Shown here in pieces: positions 38,035-54,250 of a stretch of DNA of 64,000 nt (positions are counted from its first letter, which is position 1; every line of letters begins with the position of its first letter). The position numbers and the translations under genes are program-made. Source of the DNA: the human T2T-CHM13v2.0 reference genome, Homo sapiens; assembly GCF_009914755.1 (NCBI RefSeq), contig NC_060934.1; one strand, given 5' to 3'. Below the pieces are notes generated by a model. That model was not told the origin of the DNA, searched no databases, and saw only the letters and a list, made by a program, of their open reading frames with translations.

Positions 38035-39751
38035 GTGTCCATCAACAGATGAATGGATAAGCAAATTTGGTACATATGTGCAATGGCTTACTATTCCACC
38101 ATAAAAAAGAATGAAATTCTTTCATTTGCAACAACGTGGGTGGAACTGGAGGTCATTATATTAAGTGAAATTAGCCAGGCAAAGAAATAGGCAAAGAAGG
38201 ACAAACTTTGCATGTTCTCACTTATTTGTGGGAGCTAGAATTTAAAACAATTGAAGTCATGGAGAAAGAGCAGAGGGATGGTTACCACAGGCTGGGAACG
38301 TTAGTGGGGGTGGGACGGGAAGGGGGAAGGGCATGGTTAATGGGTACAAAAAATAGTTAGAAAGAATAAATAAGACCTAGTATTTGCTAGCAAAACAGCA
38401 CGACTATAGTAAAAAATAATTTAATTGCACATTTCAAATTAATTGAAAGTATATAATTAGATTATAACACAAAGAATAATTGCTTGAGGTGATGGGATAC
38501 CCTATTTACCCTGATGTGATTATTATGCATTGCATTCCTGTATCAAAATATCTTATGTAACCAATAAAAATATACACCTACCATGTACTGACAAAAATTA
38601 AAAACTAAAAAACAAACAAACAAACTTGAGTAATTGCACAGATGTGGTTAATCCCATGGTGTTTTTCTTTGCATATGCTCGTTATGAAACGTTTGACCAG
38701 CAAACATAAAACTTATCTAAAGGTAGGTGTTCACTGGTGCAGTGATGATCTGTTGGACTGTGTAAATAATGTTTGAAGCTGTCATTAAAATGTGGAATCC
38801 TATTATCAATGCATGACAGAATTCTGTTATTTCAAGGAATACAGTGGTATTTTAGCACCACATATACTGGTTTTCCAAGTTGGGATTTTTAGCAATATAA
38901 AGCATTAATAAAATAGTACTTCCCTAAGGGCCTATGAAGAAATATTTAAACCTTTATGGCTGTAAGCATTCTCAGATTATTGTAAAGTTGAAGGCACAGG
39001 GCTGGTCCAGACATAGGGCCGGTTCAGATTTTCTACGTCTTTCTTCCCTCCTCAAAGTTACCTTTATTACCAGGATCAAGTCCAGGCTCACATGGATAAC
39101 TCCATCTGAGATAGGTCAGTGTTGAAAAGTGGAGGGTAGAAGTAATTATCCGTATGCCAAGGGCCCCAAGTCATTCGTCTGATGCAACTGATATATCTGG
39201 TCTGAATTCTGCAAACTGGTTGTCAATTTCATTCAACAAATTCATTCAATGTACATTTATTGAGTTTTCTTCTGCAGAACCTTGCCTTTGGTGCTGGAAG
39301 AAAAATGAGAATGTAGAAACACAAATTCTTTTAGCCAGTAGTCCCTATTTTGCCTTACGTAGCTGTGGCCATTTACGGTCCTGTGATAAATAAAACAGAG
39401 ATAATCAGTGATTTGATTGGCTGATTTTTTCCTTTGCAAAGGCAGGTGGATGATGCCCATCTCCAAGCCTTCATATTATATTATCTCAACCCCCACCTCC
39501 AATTCTTCTAGCTATTCTATCTCTCCCCACATCATGGCAATCCATATAATAGAAAAGGGAAAAAGGTGAGTTCAGATTCTATCTTATTTATAAATCATGT
39601 CACATACTGACATTTTTCTATGATTCACAAAGCCACCAACAGATTCAGCATAAATGATTTGCATCATGCAGGTGATATCAAAAGTAGTTTTTAAAGCAAT
39701 CATTTGGGACAACAGGAAGAATGTTATATAAATGCCTCATAGAGCCTTGGC

Positions 39752-40110
39752 ATTGTGTATATGTACCACATTTTTTTATCCAATCCTTTGTTAATGGACA
39801 CTTGGATTGATTCCATGTATTTGCTATTGTGAATAGTGCTGCAATAAACATATGAGTCTAGGTGTCTTTTTTATATAATACTTTCTTTTCCTTTGGGTAG
39901 ATACCTAGTAATAATATTGCTAGATTATATAATAGTTCTATTTTTAGTTTTTTGAGAAATCTTCATACTGTTTTCTGTAATGGCTATACTAATTACCATT
40001 CCCATCAACAGTGTATAAGAGCTCCCTTTTTTCTACATCCTCTCCAACATTTATTATTTTTTTACCTTTTTAATAATAGCCATCCTGATTGGTGTAAGAT
40101 GATATAACAC
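39752..40110 (-). mobile_element. L1 fragment (3' part of ORF2)
   Basis: GTATATGTACCACATTTTTTTATCC...GCTATTGTGAATAGTGCTGCAATAAACATATGAGT...AATAATAGCCATCCTGATTGGTGTAAGATG. Confidence 0.8.
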
Positions 40111-42853
40111 CTCATTGCAGGAATTTATTACCAGTTTTACATTGCACTACTAAATTCTCATAAAAGGCACTCACACTCTACTAAGAATGGTTGAACTTCT
40201 TCAAGGAAATTGTATTGTTTGTATCCTGTGAACACTGTGGGTTATATAATCCATTAGGTTTTTCTGTTTTTGTTGATGGCTAAAAATCATAGAGATAAAT
40301 TTGTGCCTCATTTATTGAAAATGCATAATAAAAATTGTTCACCATATTCCTGTTTTGTAATTAACCTCCTTCTTGGATCTAGTTTATATTCTTCCTGCCT
40401 TTGTGGTTGCACACTGTAACCTATTTTATCTTCCTTTGGTTCACGAATTCTATAAGTTGTTTTATGTTCTTATTGGAAAATAATGAAACATTAGAATATA
40501 AAATACTTTGGGGGTACCTCTTTAAATCTTCTTTGCATGCCCCTCCCATTTATTCCCATGACCTTGTCTCATGACTGCCAAGTCTTTTGTCTGTTTCCTT
40601 TTTCCCAAAGTCCTTTCCTTTGGCAAGTGTGTATTCCTCTGTTGAATAAACATAGAATGACTTAGGCAGCAAATGGTTTGGTAAGACACTCCATGTAGCT
40701 TTTTGTTTTGTTCTAATTCTTTTGAAAAATATCTTCCAAAAAAATCCACTTATTAAGAAATTCATCAATTTTTATCTTAAAAGTATAGTCTTTAAAATTC
40801 TTTGCAGAGTTCTCTTCTCAGCCTTCTGTAAATGCCTCAAATTTTATCTCTCAGTTTTGCATCAATTTGTAAAATTTATAATTTTTATTAGTATTTAGTG
40901 TAACCAGTCTTAAGGGGATGCCTGTCTTACAGATAGAATCACAAACAGAATAAGAATTGGCATTAGAAAGTACTCAGTCTCTTTTTCTTGTTTTGTAATT
41001 ACAGTTTTCAATTTGCCAAGTAGAATCATTTTATAGATGAAGATTCACAGTTAACTAGACAGCAGAAGCTGGAGAAATAATTGAGCTTTACTATCAATTA
41101 GATTTTATTTTCATCACACAATTTTGCTTTACATGCTTGCTTTTCTTTCTGCATTTTAATTACCAGTGTCCCTTCTTCTGGTTTTGTGTATGTGATATCA
41201 GTTATATATGATTTTAAAATATTTTCTATCTTTTCCTCTTCTCATTTTGATGTTTTCATTTGTCCAAAGCAGTAATGACCTTTATGGTAATACTTGGCTC
41301 ATGACAACTTAATTCCTCTGAGAATCAGCCCACCTGTAGGAAGTGGTCTTTGCAGATCAACTTATACTGTGTGACTCTCCCCCTTTACCAAAGCACCTTT
41401 GCTAGATGTCCAGTCATATTCTCTCCCCATGAATCACCCTGTGTGGGTGGTTTGAAATGAACTGATGTCCACTTAGGAAGCTCTGGGGCAGGCATCTCCC
41501 ACCCACCATCTGTGCTGGGAAAAGAAAGTGAACGTCCAGAGAGAAGCAGAGATGGAGAGAAGGCATGACTGGTTTTTATTTTTACTTTTTGTAACTATTT
41601 ATTTACTGTTTCAAATGCTTCCCCAGTCTGGCTATCCTTGAGTGTGTTACCCAACATCTTCCTAATAGAGTCTTTTTCCCTTTCTTAAGCCAGGATATAT
41701 TGCTTTCTGTTACTATTAGGATAACTGGGGCTATTATTACCAAGTGAAGCCATTATTACCGAAGTGAAGAGCCTCCAATACAGTACTTTGGGAGCAGTCA
41801 ATTCCCTTCTTCATGTCCCACCTTTGTTCCTCTCACAAAAATTACATCAGTATTTTCTTCTCTCATAGCCCCATAGCTAACATATTGTGCCCCTTGAGTT
41901 CCTTTGCCATTTGTGTTGCATGTTCCCATTTTGAATTATGCTTGTCCACGTTCAGGTCATTTTTCTTATTCTGTCAAGTGTTCCTCTGAGCCCTCTTCTC
42001 TCTTTGTCTCTCTTTGTGCTTCTGGCCATCTCTCAGACCCAGATATTTGACATTAATTTGGACTTGGATTTCCACCTACAATAGACATGCTGCTCTCCTT
42101 GGCTATGGCCTCTCCCTACATTAATTCTTCTGCATCTTTTCTCCCTTATTCCATTCTTCCTGCAGGTTTTTGACAAAGCTGCATATATTGATGAGACTGC
42201 AAGTAGTTTTTGTCTTCTTCCTTCTGTAGGAACAATTTTCTCTCTACTGTTTTTCTCATGGTGGCTCTTATTTATCTCTAGATTCTTCCTCTTTTCCTTA
42301 TAAATTATAAGATTTTCTTCTTTGGAAATAAAATTTCTTCTTTATATTCCTCTAATGGTTCCTGGAGTCTTATCTTACTGTCTTCTTCTTGGCTCATATG
42401 TCCTTCCTGCATACATTTGGGCTGAGAGAATAAGATCCTGACTCATTCAGATGCTCTGGCCAGCCTCCCTTAAATAAGGCCAGTTCTTGAAAAATTTGTA
42501 TGAGTGTGGCTTTGTAGACATAGAGATTAAAAAGGAAAAGAATATTTTCGTCTGGGTTTTCCAGAGAAACAGAAACAATTATAGATACATTTGTAGCTGT
42601 ATCTTTATACATTTGCCTGTTAATTTTTAAAATATATATATATATATTTATTATACTTTAAGTTCTAGGGTACATGTACACAATGTATAGGTTTGTTACA
42701 TATGTATACATGTGCCATGTTCGTGTGCTGAACCCATTAACTCGTCATTTACATTAGGTATATCTCTTAATACTATACCTCCCCCCTCCCCTCACCCCAC
42801 AACAGGCCCTAGTGTGTGATGTTCCCCATCCTGTGTCCAAGTGTTCTCATTGT

Positions 42854-46664
<3,811 letters not shown>

Positions 46665-46727
46665 TATGATGTTAGCTGGTTATTTTGCTCATTAGTTGAT
46701 GCAGTTTCTTCCTAGCATTGATGTTCT

Positions 46728-47741
46728 TTACACTTTGGCATGTTTTTGCAGTGGCTGGTACTGGTTGTTCCTTTCCATGTTTAGTGCTTCCTTCAGGAGC
46801 TCTTGTAAAGCAGGCCTGGTGGTGACAGAATCTCTCAGCATTTGCTTATCTGTAAAGTATTTTATTCCTCCTTCACTTATGAAGCTTTGTTTGGCTGGAT
46901 ATGACATTCTGGGTTGAAAATTCTTTTCTTTAAGAATGTTGAATATTGGCCCCCACTCTCTTCTGGCTTGTAGGGTTTCTGCCAAGAGATCAGCTGTTAG
47001 TCTGATGGGCTTGCCTTTGTGGGTAACCTGACCTTTCTCTCTGGCTGCCCTTAACATTTTTTCCTTCATTTCAACGTTGGTGAATCTGACAATTATGTGT
47101 CTTGGAGTTGCTCTTCTCAAGGAGTATCTTTGCGGCGTTCTCTGTATTTCTTGAATTTGAATGTTGGCCTGCCTTGCTAGATTGGGGAAGTTCTCCTGGA
47201 TAATATCTTGCAGAGTGTTTTCCAACTTGGTTCCATTCTCCCAGTCACTTTCAGCTACACCAGTCAGACATTGATTTGGTCTTTTCACATAGTCCCATAT
47301 TTCTTGGAGGCTTTATTTATTTCTTCTTATTCTTTTTTCTCTAAACTTCTCTTCTCACTTCATTTCATTCATTTGATCTTCAATCACTGATACCCTTTCT
47401 TCCTGTTGATTGAATCGGCTCCTGAAGCTTGTGCATTCGTCATGTAGTTCTTGTGCCATGGTTTTCAGCTCCATCAGGTCCTTTAAGGACTTCTCTGCAT
47501 TGGTTATTCTAGTTAGCCATTCATCTAATCTTTTTTCAAGGTTTTTGACTTCTTCTTAATGGGTTCGAACTTCCTCCTTTAGCTCAGAGTAATTTGATCA
47601 TCTGAAGCCTTCTTCTCTCAACTCATCAAAGTCATTCTCTGTCCAGCTTTGTTCCATTGCTGGTGAGGAGCTGTATTCCTTTGGAGGAGAGGCGCTCTGA
47701 TTTTTAGAATTTTCAGTTTTTCTGTTCTGTTTTCTCCCCAT
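46728..47741 (-). pseudogene. L1 ORF1p, disrupted
   Basis: ATG at 47741 (MGRKQNRKTENSKNQSASPP), TGA at about codon 48 (~47599). The C-terminal 186 aa are open (46728-47288). Confidence 0.95.
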
Positions 47742-48315
47742 GTTTGTGGTTTTATCTACCTTTGGTGTTTGCTGATGGTGACGTACAGATGGGATTTTGG
47801 TGTGGGTGTCCTTTCTGTTTGTTAGTTTTCCTTCTAACTGTCAGGACCCTCAGTGGCAGGTCTGTTGGAGTTTGCTGGAGGTCCACTGCAGACCCTGTTT
47901 GCCTGGGTGTCAGCAGTGGAGGCTGCAGAACAGCAAATATTGCTGAACAGCAAATGTTGTTATCTGATCGTTCCTCTGGAGGTTTAGTCTCAGAAGGGTA
48001 CCCGGCCGTGTGAGGTGTCAATCTGCCCCACTTGGGGGTGCCTCCCAGATAGGCTACTCAGGGGTCAGGGACCCACTTGAGAAGGCAGTCTATCCGTTCT
48101 CCGTTCTCAAACTCTGTACTGGGAGAACCACCACTCTCTTCAAAGCTGTCAGACAGGGACATTTAAGTCTGCAGAGGTTTCTGCTGCCTTTTGTTCGGCT
48201 ATGCCCTGCCCCTGGAAGTGGAGTCTACAGAGGCAGGCAGGCCTCCTTGAGCTGCGGTGGGCTCCACCCATTTCGAGATTCCTGGCTGCTTTGTTTACCT
48301 ACTCAAGCCTCAGCA

Positions 48316-48654
48316 ATGGCAGGCGCCCCTCCCCCAGCCTTGCTGCAGCCTTGCAGTTCTATCCCAGACTGCTGTGTTAGCAATGAGTGAGGTTCCGTGG
48401 GCATGGGACTCTCCAAGCCAGGCATGGGATATAATCTTCTGGTGTGCTGTTTGCTAAGACCATTGGAAAAGCACAGTATCAGGGTGGGAGTGACCCAATT
48501 TTCCAGGTGCCGTCTGTCACAGCTTTGCTTGGCTATGAAAGGGAATTCCCTGACCCCTTGCACTTCCCAGGTGAGGCAGTGCCTCTCCCTGCTTTGGCTC
48601 ATGCTCTGTGTGCTGCACCTGTGTCTGGAATTGGTGGGTTCTTGGTCTCACTGA
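48316..48654 (+). pseudogene. L1 antisense ORF0 remnant
   Basis: MAGAPPPALLQPCSSIPDCCVSNE* then in-frame ...GYNLLVCCLLRPLEKHSIRVGVTQFSRC, matching the recalled primate ORF0 peptide. Confidence 0.75.
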
Positions 48655-49884
48655 CTTCAAGAATGAAGCCACAGACCCTGGCGGTGAGTGTTACAGTTCT
48701 TAAAGGCGGCGTGTCCGGAGTTGTGCTGTTCCTTCTGATGTTTAGATGTGTTCAGAATTTCTTCCTTCTGGTGGGGTTCGTGGTCTCGCTGGCTCAGGAG
48801 TGAAGCTGCAGACCTTCGCGGTGAGTATTACAGCTCATAAAGGCAGTGTGGACCCAAAGAGTGAGCAGCAGAAGGATTTATTGCAAAGAGCGAAAGAACA
48901 AAGCCTCCACAGTGTGGAAGGGGACCCGAGTGGGTTGCCACTGCTGGCTCGGGCAGCCTGCTTTTATTCTCTTATCTGGCCCCACCCACATCCTGCTGAT
49001 TGGTAGAGCCGAGTGGTCTGTTTTGACAGGGCACTGATTGGGGCGTTTACAATCCCTGAGCTAGACACAAAAGTTCTCCACGTCCCCACCAGATTAGCTA
49101 GATACAGAGTGTTGACACAAAGGTTCTCCAAGTCCCCACCAGAGTAGCTAGATACAGAGTGTCGATTGGTGCATTCACAATCCCTGAGCTAGACACAGGG
49201 TGCTGAGTGGTGTGTTTACAAACCTTGAGCTAGATACAGAGTGTCGATTGGTGCATTTACAATCCCTTAGCTAGATATAAAGGTTCTCCACGTCTCCACC
49301 AGACTCAGGAGCCCAGCTGGCTTCACCCAGTGGATCCCACACCGGGGCTGCAGGTGGAGTTGCCTGCCAGTCCCGCACCATGTGCTGCACTCCTCATCCC
49401 TTGGGTGGTTGATGGGACTGGGCGCCATGGAGCAGGGGGTGGCGCTCATCGGAGAGGCTCAGGCCACACAGGAGCCCACGGAAAATGCGGGGCTCAGGCA
49501 TGGTGGGCTGCAGGTCCTGAGCCCTGCCCCATGGGAAGGCAGCTAAGGCCTGGTGAGAAATTGAGCACAGCAGCTGCTGGCCCAGATGCTAAGCCCCTCA
49601 CTGCCTGGGGCCGGCTGGCCGCTCCGAGTGCAGGGCCTGCCAAGCCCACACCCACCTGGAACTCGCACTGGCCTGCAAGCACCGCACACAGCCCCGGTTC
49701 CCGCCCGCGCCTCTCCATCCACACCTCCCAGCAAGCTGAGGGAGCTGGCTCCAGCCTTGGCCAGCCCAGAAAGGGGCTCCCACAGTGCAGCGGCAGGCTG
49801 AAGGGCTCCCCAAGTACCACCAAAGTGGGAGCCCAGGCAGAGGAGGTGCCAAGAGTGAGTGAGGGTGCACGTCATCACCTCTCA
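48620..49884 (-). mobile_element. LTR12 (ERV9, C/D-like) solo LTR
   Basis: Minus strand TGAGAGGTGA...AAGAACCCACCAATTCCAGACACA. ~41-bp CCAAT-containing repeats at 49030-49290. TSD CACC/TACC restoring L1 GCTGCACCCACTGTCC. Confidence 0.92.
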
Positions 49885-50056
49885 TACCCACTGTCCTGCA
49901 CCCACTGTCCGACAAGCCCCAGTGAGATGAACCCGGTACATCAGTTGGAAATGCAGAGATCACCCATCTTCTGCGTTGCTCACGCTGGGAGCTGTAGACT
50001 GGAGCTGTTCCTATTCGGCCATCTTGGAACCTCCCACCTGTTAATTTTTATGTAAC

Positions 50057-50530
50057 TATGAAAAAGACACTTGCACACATGTTTATAACAGCACAACTTG
50101 CAATTGCAAAAATGCAGAACCAGCCTAAATGCCCGTCAACCAACAACTGAATAAAGAAAATGTAGTATTTATACAACATGGAACACTACTCAGCTGTAAA
50201 AAGAAATGAAGTAATGGCATTCACAGCAACCTGGGTGGAGTTGCAGACTATTATTCTGAATGAAGTAACTCAGGAATGGAAAATGTTGCATGTTCTCACT
50301 TATAAGTGGGAGCTAAGCTGTGAGGACACAAAGGAATAAGAATGATATAATGGACTCTGGGGACTCAAATGTAAGGATGGGAGGGGGATGAAGAATAAAA
50401 GACTACACATTGGGTATGGTATACACCGCTTGGGTGATGGGTGCACCAAAATTTCAAAAACCACCTCTGAAGAACTTATCCATGTAACCAAAAACCACCT
50501 GTTCCTCCCCCAAAATAAAAATAAAATAAC
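50057..50530 (+). mobile_element. 5'-truncated L1PB-like 3' end
   Basis: GAAAAAGACACTTGCACACATG...AAAAGACTACACATTGGGTA...GAACTTATCCATGTAACCAAAAACCACCTGTTCC plus an A-rich tail. Confidence 0.85.
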
Positions 50531-52149
50531 AATTTTTAAAATTTTATAAAACTATATATTTATATATAAATAAATCTCTATGTTATATATATGTATGTAT
50601 GTATACAGAGAAAGAGAGAGAAAGAGAGATTATTATACAGAATTATATAAAATTTATTCAAATAATTTTGGAGGCTGTGAAGGCAAAGAACTTCAGTCAG
50701 CAAGCTAGAAACCCAGAGAGCTGATGGTATAATTCCAGTCTGAGTCCAAAGTCTGAGAACTAGGAAAGCAAATGGTGTAAATTTCAGTCCAAGTCCAAAT
50801 TCTAAAGCAGGAGAAGACCAATGTCTTCAAGGCAAGTTGAATTCTCTCTCTCAGCCTATTTGCTCTGTTCATGCCATCAACGGATTGGAAGAGGCTCACT
50901 CACATTACAGAGAGCATCTGCTTTATTCAGTCTACTAACTTCAGTGTCAATCTCTTCCAGAAACTCCCTCAAAGACACACCAAGAATAACGCTTAACCAA
51001 ATATCTGGATACTCTGTGGCCCAGTCAAATTAACCATCATACTTCAACTGCTCATCCCCATCTTGTAGGCGCTCAACTCTTGGTGAATGCCTCTGGGCTC
51101 ACTTTCCTTTGGTCTCAGAAATATGAATTCCTGTTCTCAGTGAATTCCTTGCTTCCCTCACACATGTCTCCCATGGCTATTCTTTCTCTTTGCTCTTTAA
51201 TTTAATACAGAAAATGAAAGGGTTTACACAAAAAGTGCCCACATATCGCATTTGAGGATAGTGAGACCTACAGAGGGGTTGTGGGACAAAGATATTGTAT
51301 ACTCCATCAGTGCCATCAGCTAAATCATATAGTAGGTTCTATTTTTAATACATATATTTAGTCACTCCACCTGCAGGATTTTTTCAGTGGCCACCTTTCT
51401 TCCATGAAATGGCTCAATTACCTGTCTCCCCTTCCCCCTTATTCTATACCTCCCTTTTGTCCCGAAGCCTCAAATTCCTATTTGTGTCATATGGGCAGCA
51501 GTTTAGCCTATTCTTTGCTGCAATGCATCCTTCCAAATTATAAGTTTAGAAGTTCACTTTTTCTACCCAAAGACAATTTCTTTCTACAAAGCTATTAAAA
51601 TGATAGTTTATTCACTTCGTCTTGTTTATTCATGCAAGTAATCATTTATTAAACTTAAATATACACCTACTTGAGATTCATTGAAGATGGAGATGCAAAC
51701 AATGGGCAAAAGATGTGTCGTAACAGTGTTTTAAGTGATACTACTAGCATGTTGTGCTATGATTTAGTATTTATTGTATTATGACAGAAAATTTAGAATA
51801 AGAAAGAAATGCATTGTCTCATGGGATTCGAAATTCTGGGCTGAATAAGGGCTGAAAAAATAAAATATAAATGATAAAAAATAAATTACACATTTGTTGA
51901 AGCTACTGCTTTAAAAAATATAAAACATACTTCCTATTCCTAAGGGAATTTATAGGCCAGAGGAAGAGATGTATAACGAAAGAGGAAACTCCAGCACAGT
52001 ATGACACAATAGAGGTAAACGTGGGATGGTAGGATTTAGCGTGGATGGACAGTGGTCATCACTAAAATGGTGCCACTTAAGTTGGGTCTCACAGGGTCTC
52101 ACGCAAGTAACAAAGCATTTGTGTGTTCTTGTGTACTTCAGAGTGGAAG

Positions 52150-52800
52150 TGGGCCATGATGTTGAGGGAAGATTCAACATCTCCACAAGGGTACCTCCCT
52201 AATAGAACTCAACACATCCTAAATTAAGCTCATTTTTTCCTCCAGTTTTGCTTTTCCTCTGACATTATCGGTACACGACACCAATGCTCACCTTCTTCAA
52301 GCCAAAACCTGGGCATCCTTTTTGTGTCTCCTCTCCTTCAACAACATAGGGAGTCAATTTGTTACCAATTCTGGCTATTCCAAACAATTTTCAGATATCT
52401 AAGTATGCCATACTTCCTTTGACCTCTAAACATTTGTAACTATTATTTCCTTTCCTTGGGGCACAGTTCCTCTCCCATACATCACCCACATTTCCCTGGG
52501 CAACTCATCCTTATTCTTAAAGCCTCAGCTTAGACATCACTTGTACCAAAAAGGCTCACATAACAACCTATATCCAAATTAGATGCTCTTCCTGCAAGCT
52601 CCCCAACGTATGCCAGCAAAGCACTTATGACACTCCATTGTAATTGCCTGCTAGTGTCTCTGTCTCCTTCAATAGCTTATAAGCACCATAACGGAAGATA
52701 TTATTGTCTGTTTTAACTATAACTGCATTTACAGTGATTGGCACAGTCGTTGCCACAAAGTAGGTATTCCATAGGTATTTGTGAAATGAATGAGTAAACA
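52150..52800 (+). mobile_element. L2 remnant
   Basis: CTCAACACATCCTAAATTAAGCTC, CAAGCCAAAACCTGGGCATCC, AACTCATCCTTATTCTTAAAGCCTCAGCTTAGACATCAC, ending ATTTGTGAAATGAATGA. Confidence 0.65.
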
Positions 52801-53032
52801 CATGATTGAAATGTCACAGGTAGAAAGTTCTGAGAATGGTAAAAGCCATAATGTGGATATAGGTCTGTGTAGCAAAATTGAAATGGAGGTAAAAGTCACC
52901 AGAATTGAGAAGGACAATTGTCTACCTTGCATGTGTCTGGAGGGAATTGAAGTTGTCCAGAGTGGTAGTCAGTCATGAGGTGAATAGAAAGATCATGAGC
53001 CACAAGCCAAGGTCTTCAGTGAACATGATGAG

Positions 53033-53391
53033 TGATATGGTTTGGCTGTGTCCCCACCCAAATCTCATCTTGAATTGTAACTCCCACAATTCCCACGTGT
53101 TGTGGGAGGAAGCCGGTGGGAGGTGATTGAATTATGGGGGCGGGTCTTTCCTGCACTGTTCTCATGATAGTGAATGAGTCTCATGAGATCTGATGGTTTT
53201 AAAAACAGGAGTTTACCTGCACAAGCTCTCTTCTCTGGTCTGTCGCAATGTGAGATGTGCCTTTTACCTTCTGCCATGATTGTGAGGCCTCCCCAGTCAT
53301 GTGGAACTGTAAATTCAATAAATCTCTTTTTTCTGTAAATTGTCCAGTCTCGGATATGTCTTTATCAGCAGCGTGAAAACAGACTAATGCA
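53033..53391 (+). mobile_element. THE1 (A/B-like) solo LTR
   Basis: TGATATGGTTTGGCTGTGTCCCCACCCAAATCTCATC...AAACAGACTAATGCA. TSD ATGAG/ATGAA. Confidence 0.92.
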
Positions 53392-53479
53392 ATGAAGGAC
53401 AAGGAAGTCAACAGATCACCAATGAGAAAAGTAAATGATTCAACAGTCAGATCTATTAGTGTCAAAGGAGTAAGCGATT

Positions 53480-54250
53480 TTATACATACTTTTTACACCA
53501 AAAATATTTTCTTCTGTCCCTACAGAACTCTCAGATTGTCTTTATGACCTATCTCTAGCACATATTTACCATCCTTAATATCATCTTTAATCTTGGTCCC
53601 CTAAGTGGAAAGCATCAGGTGAATATTTCTCATTGTTTCCTTTCAGTTTTTCATTTCCAAGTTCAGCTTTCCAGCCAGCCAACCCTTTTACTGAGACTGC
53701 CAGTTCAACATCATGCCTTTGAAAACAGTCACAGTGCCTCTTCTAGTGATTGTTTGCTCCCTGGAGATTAAAAAAACATGTTTTTAACCTTAGCTTTCAA
53801 AGTATGGTCTCTCATTGGTTCGTTTTTTTCTTTTAATACTCTCTTCAAAATCCAATTTTTCTGATGCTCTCTGGCTCACATTGAATGACTTATTTTCAAG
53901 GATTTGAATTGCAGCAAACAGGTCTCTTGAGTCCATCCCAGTGAAATCAATAATCGGCATTACTACTGTGTAATATCTTGCCAGAAGTATTTTGTATTCC
54001 TTTTTATTTAGATCATTACAGCAAATCTTTATATAATGGTGCCCTTCTCCTATCCTTCTCTGCCAGAAGTTTCTCTTTTTCCCCTTCTTTTCCTTCTTGT
54101 CACTGGTAAAAAGTACGGCAGAGACACCAGTGATTTTTATTTTGTTACCATTTTTCTCATATTCACCATTACTTTTCTTCATACTGCTCCATTTCCAATT
54201 TCTCAGCTATTTCTCCCTTGTCACTTTTTAAAAGTTTCTGTTTATGCTTG
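53480..54250 (-). pseudogene. Possible ancient L1 ORF1-like (HAL1/L1M-type) remnant
   Basis: ORF 53790-54182 contains MDSRDLFAAIQILENKSFNVSQRASEKLDFEESIKRK, loosely resembling the end of the ORF1p coiled coil. A-rich minus strand. Confidence 0.35.

Larger units (their letters stand above)
30797..38620 (+). mobile_element. L1MA2/3-like LINE-1 with both ends present, internal deletions and a THE1 insertion
   Basis: 5' end GGTGGAGTAAGATGGCAAATAGAAG. ORF2 start MAGVSPYLSIITLSVNGLN at 33301. L1MA-type 3' end with A-rich tail. Imperfect TSD CAAACTTGAGCATTT (30782-30796) / CAAACTTGAGTAATT (38621-38635). Confidence 0.9.

Noticed and set aside
49030-49290. Regular ~41-bp repeats resembling an array
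   Set aside because: Known ERV9 LTR12 U3 enhancer repeats.
49330-50055. 241-aa ORF, the longest in the track
   Set aside because: Antisense read-through of GC-rich LTR12 into the L1 5' end, with a non-ATG start. Stop-poor by base composition.
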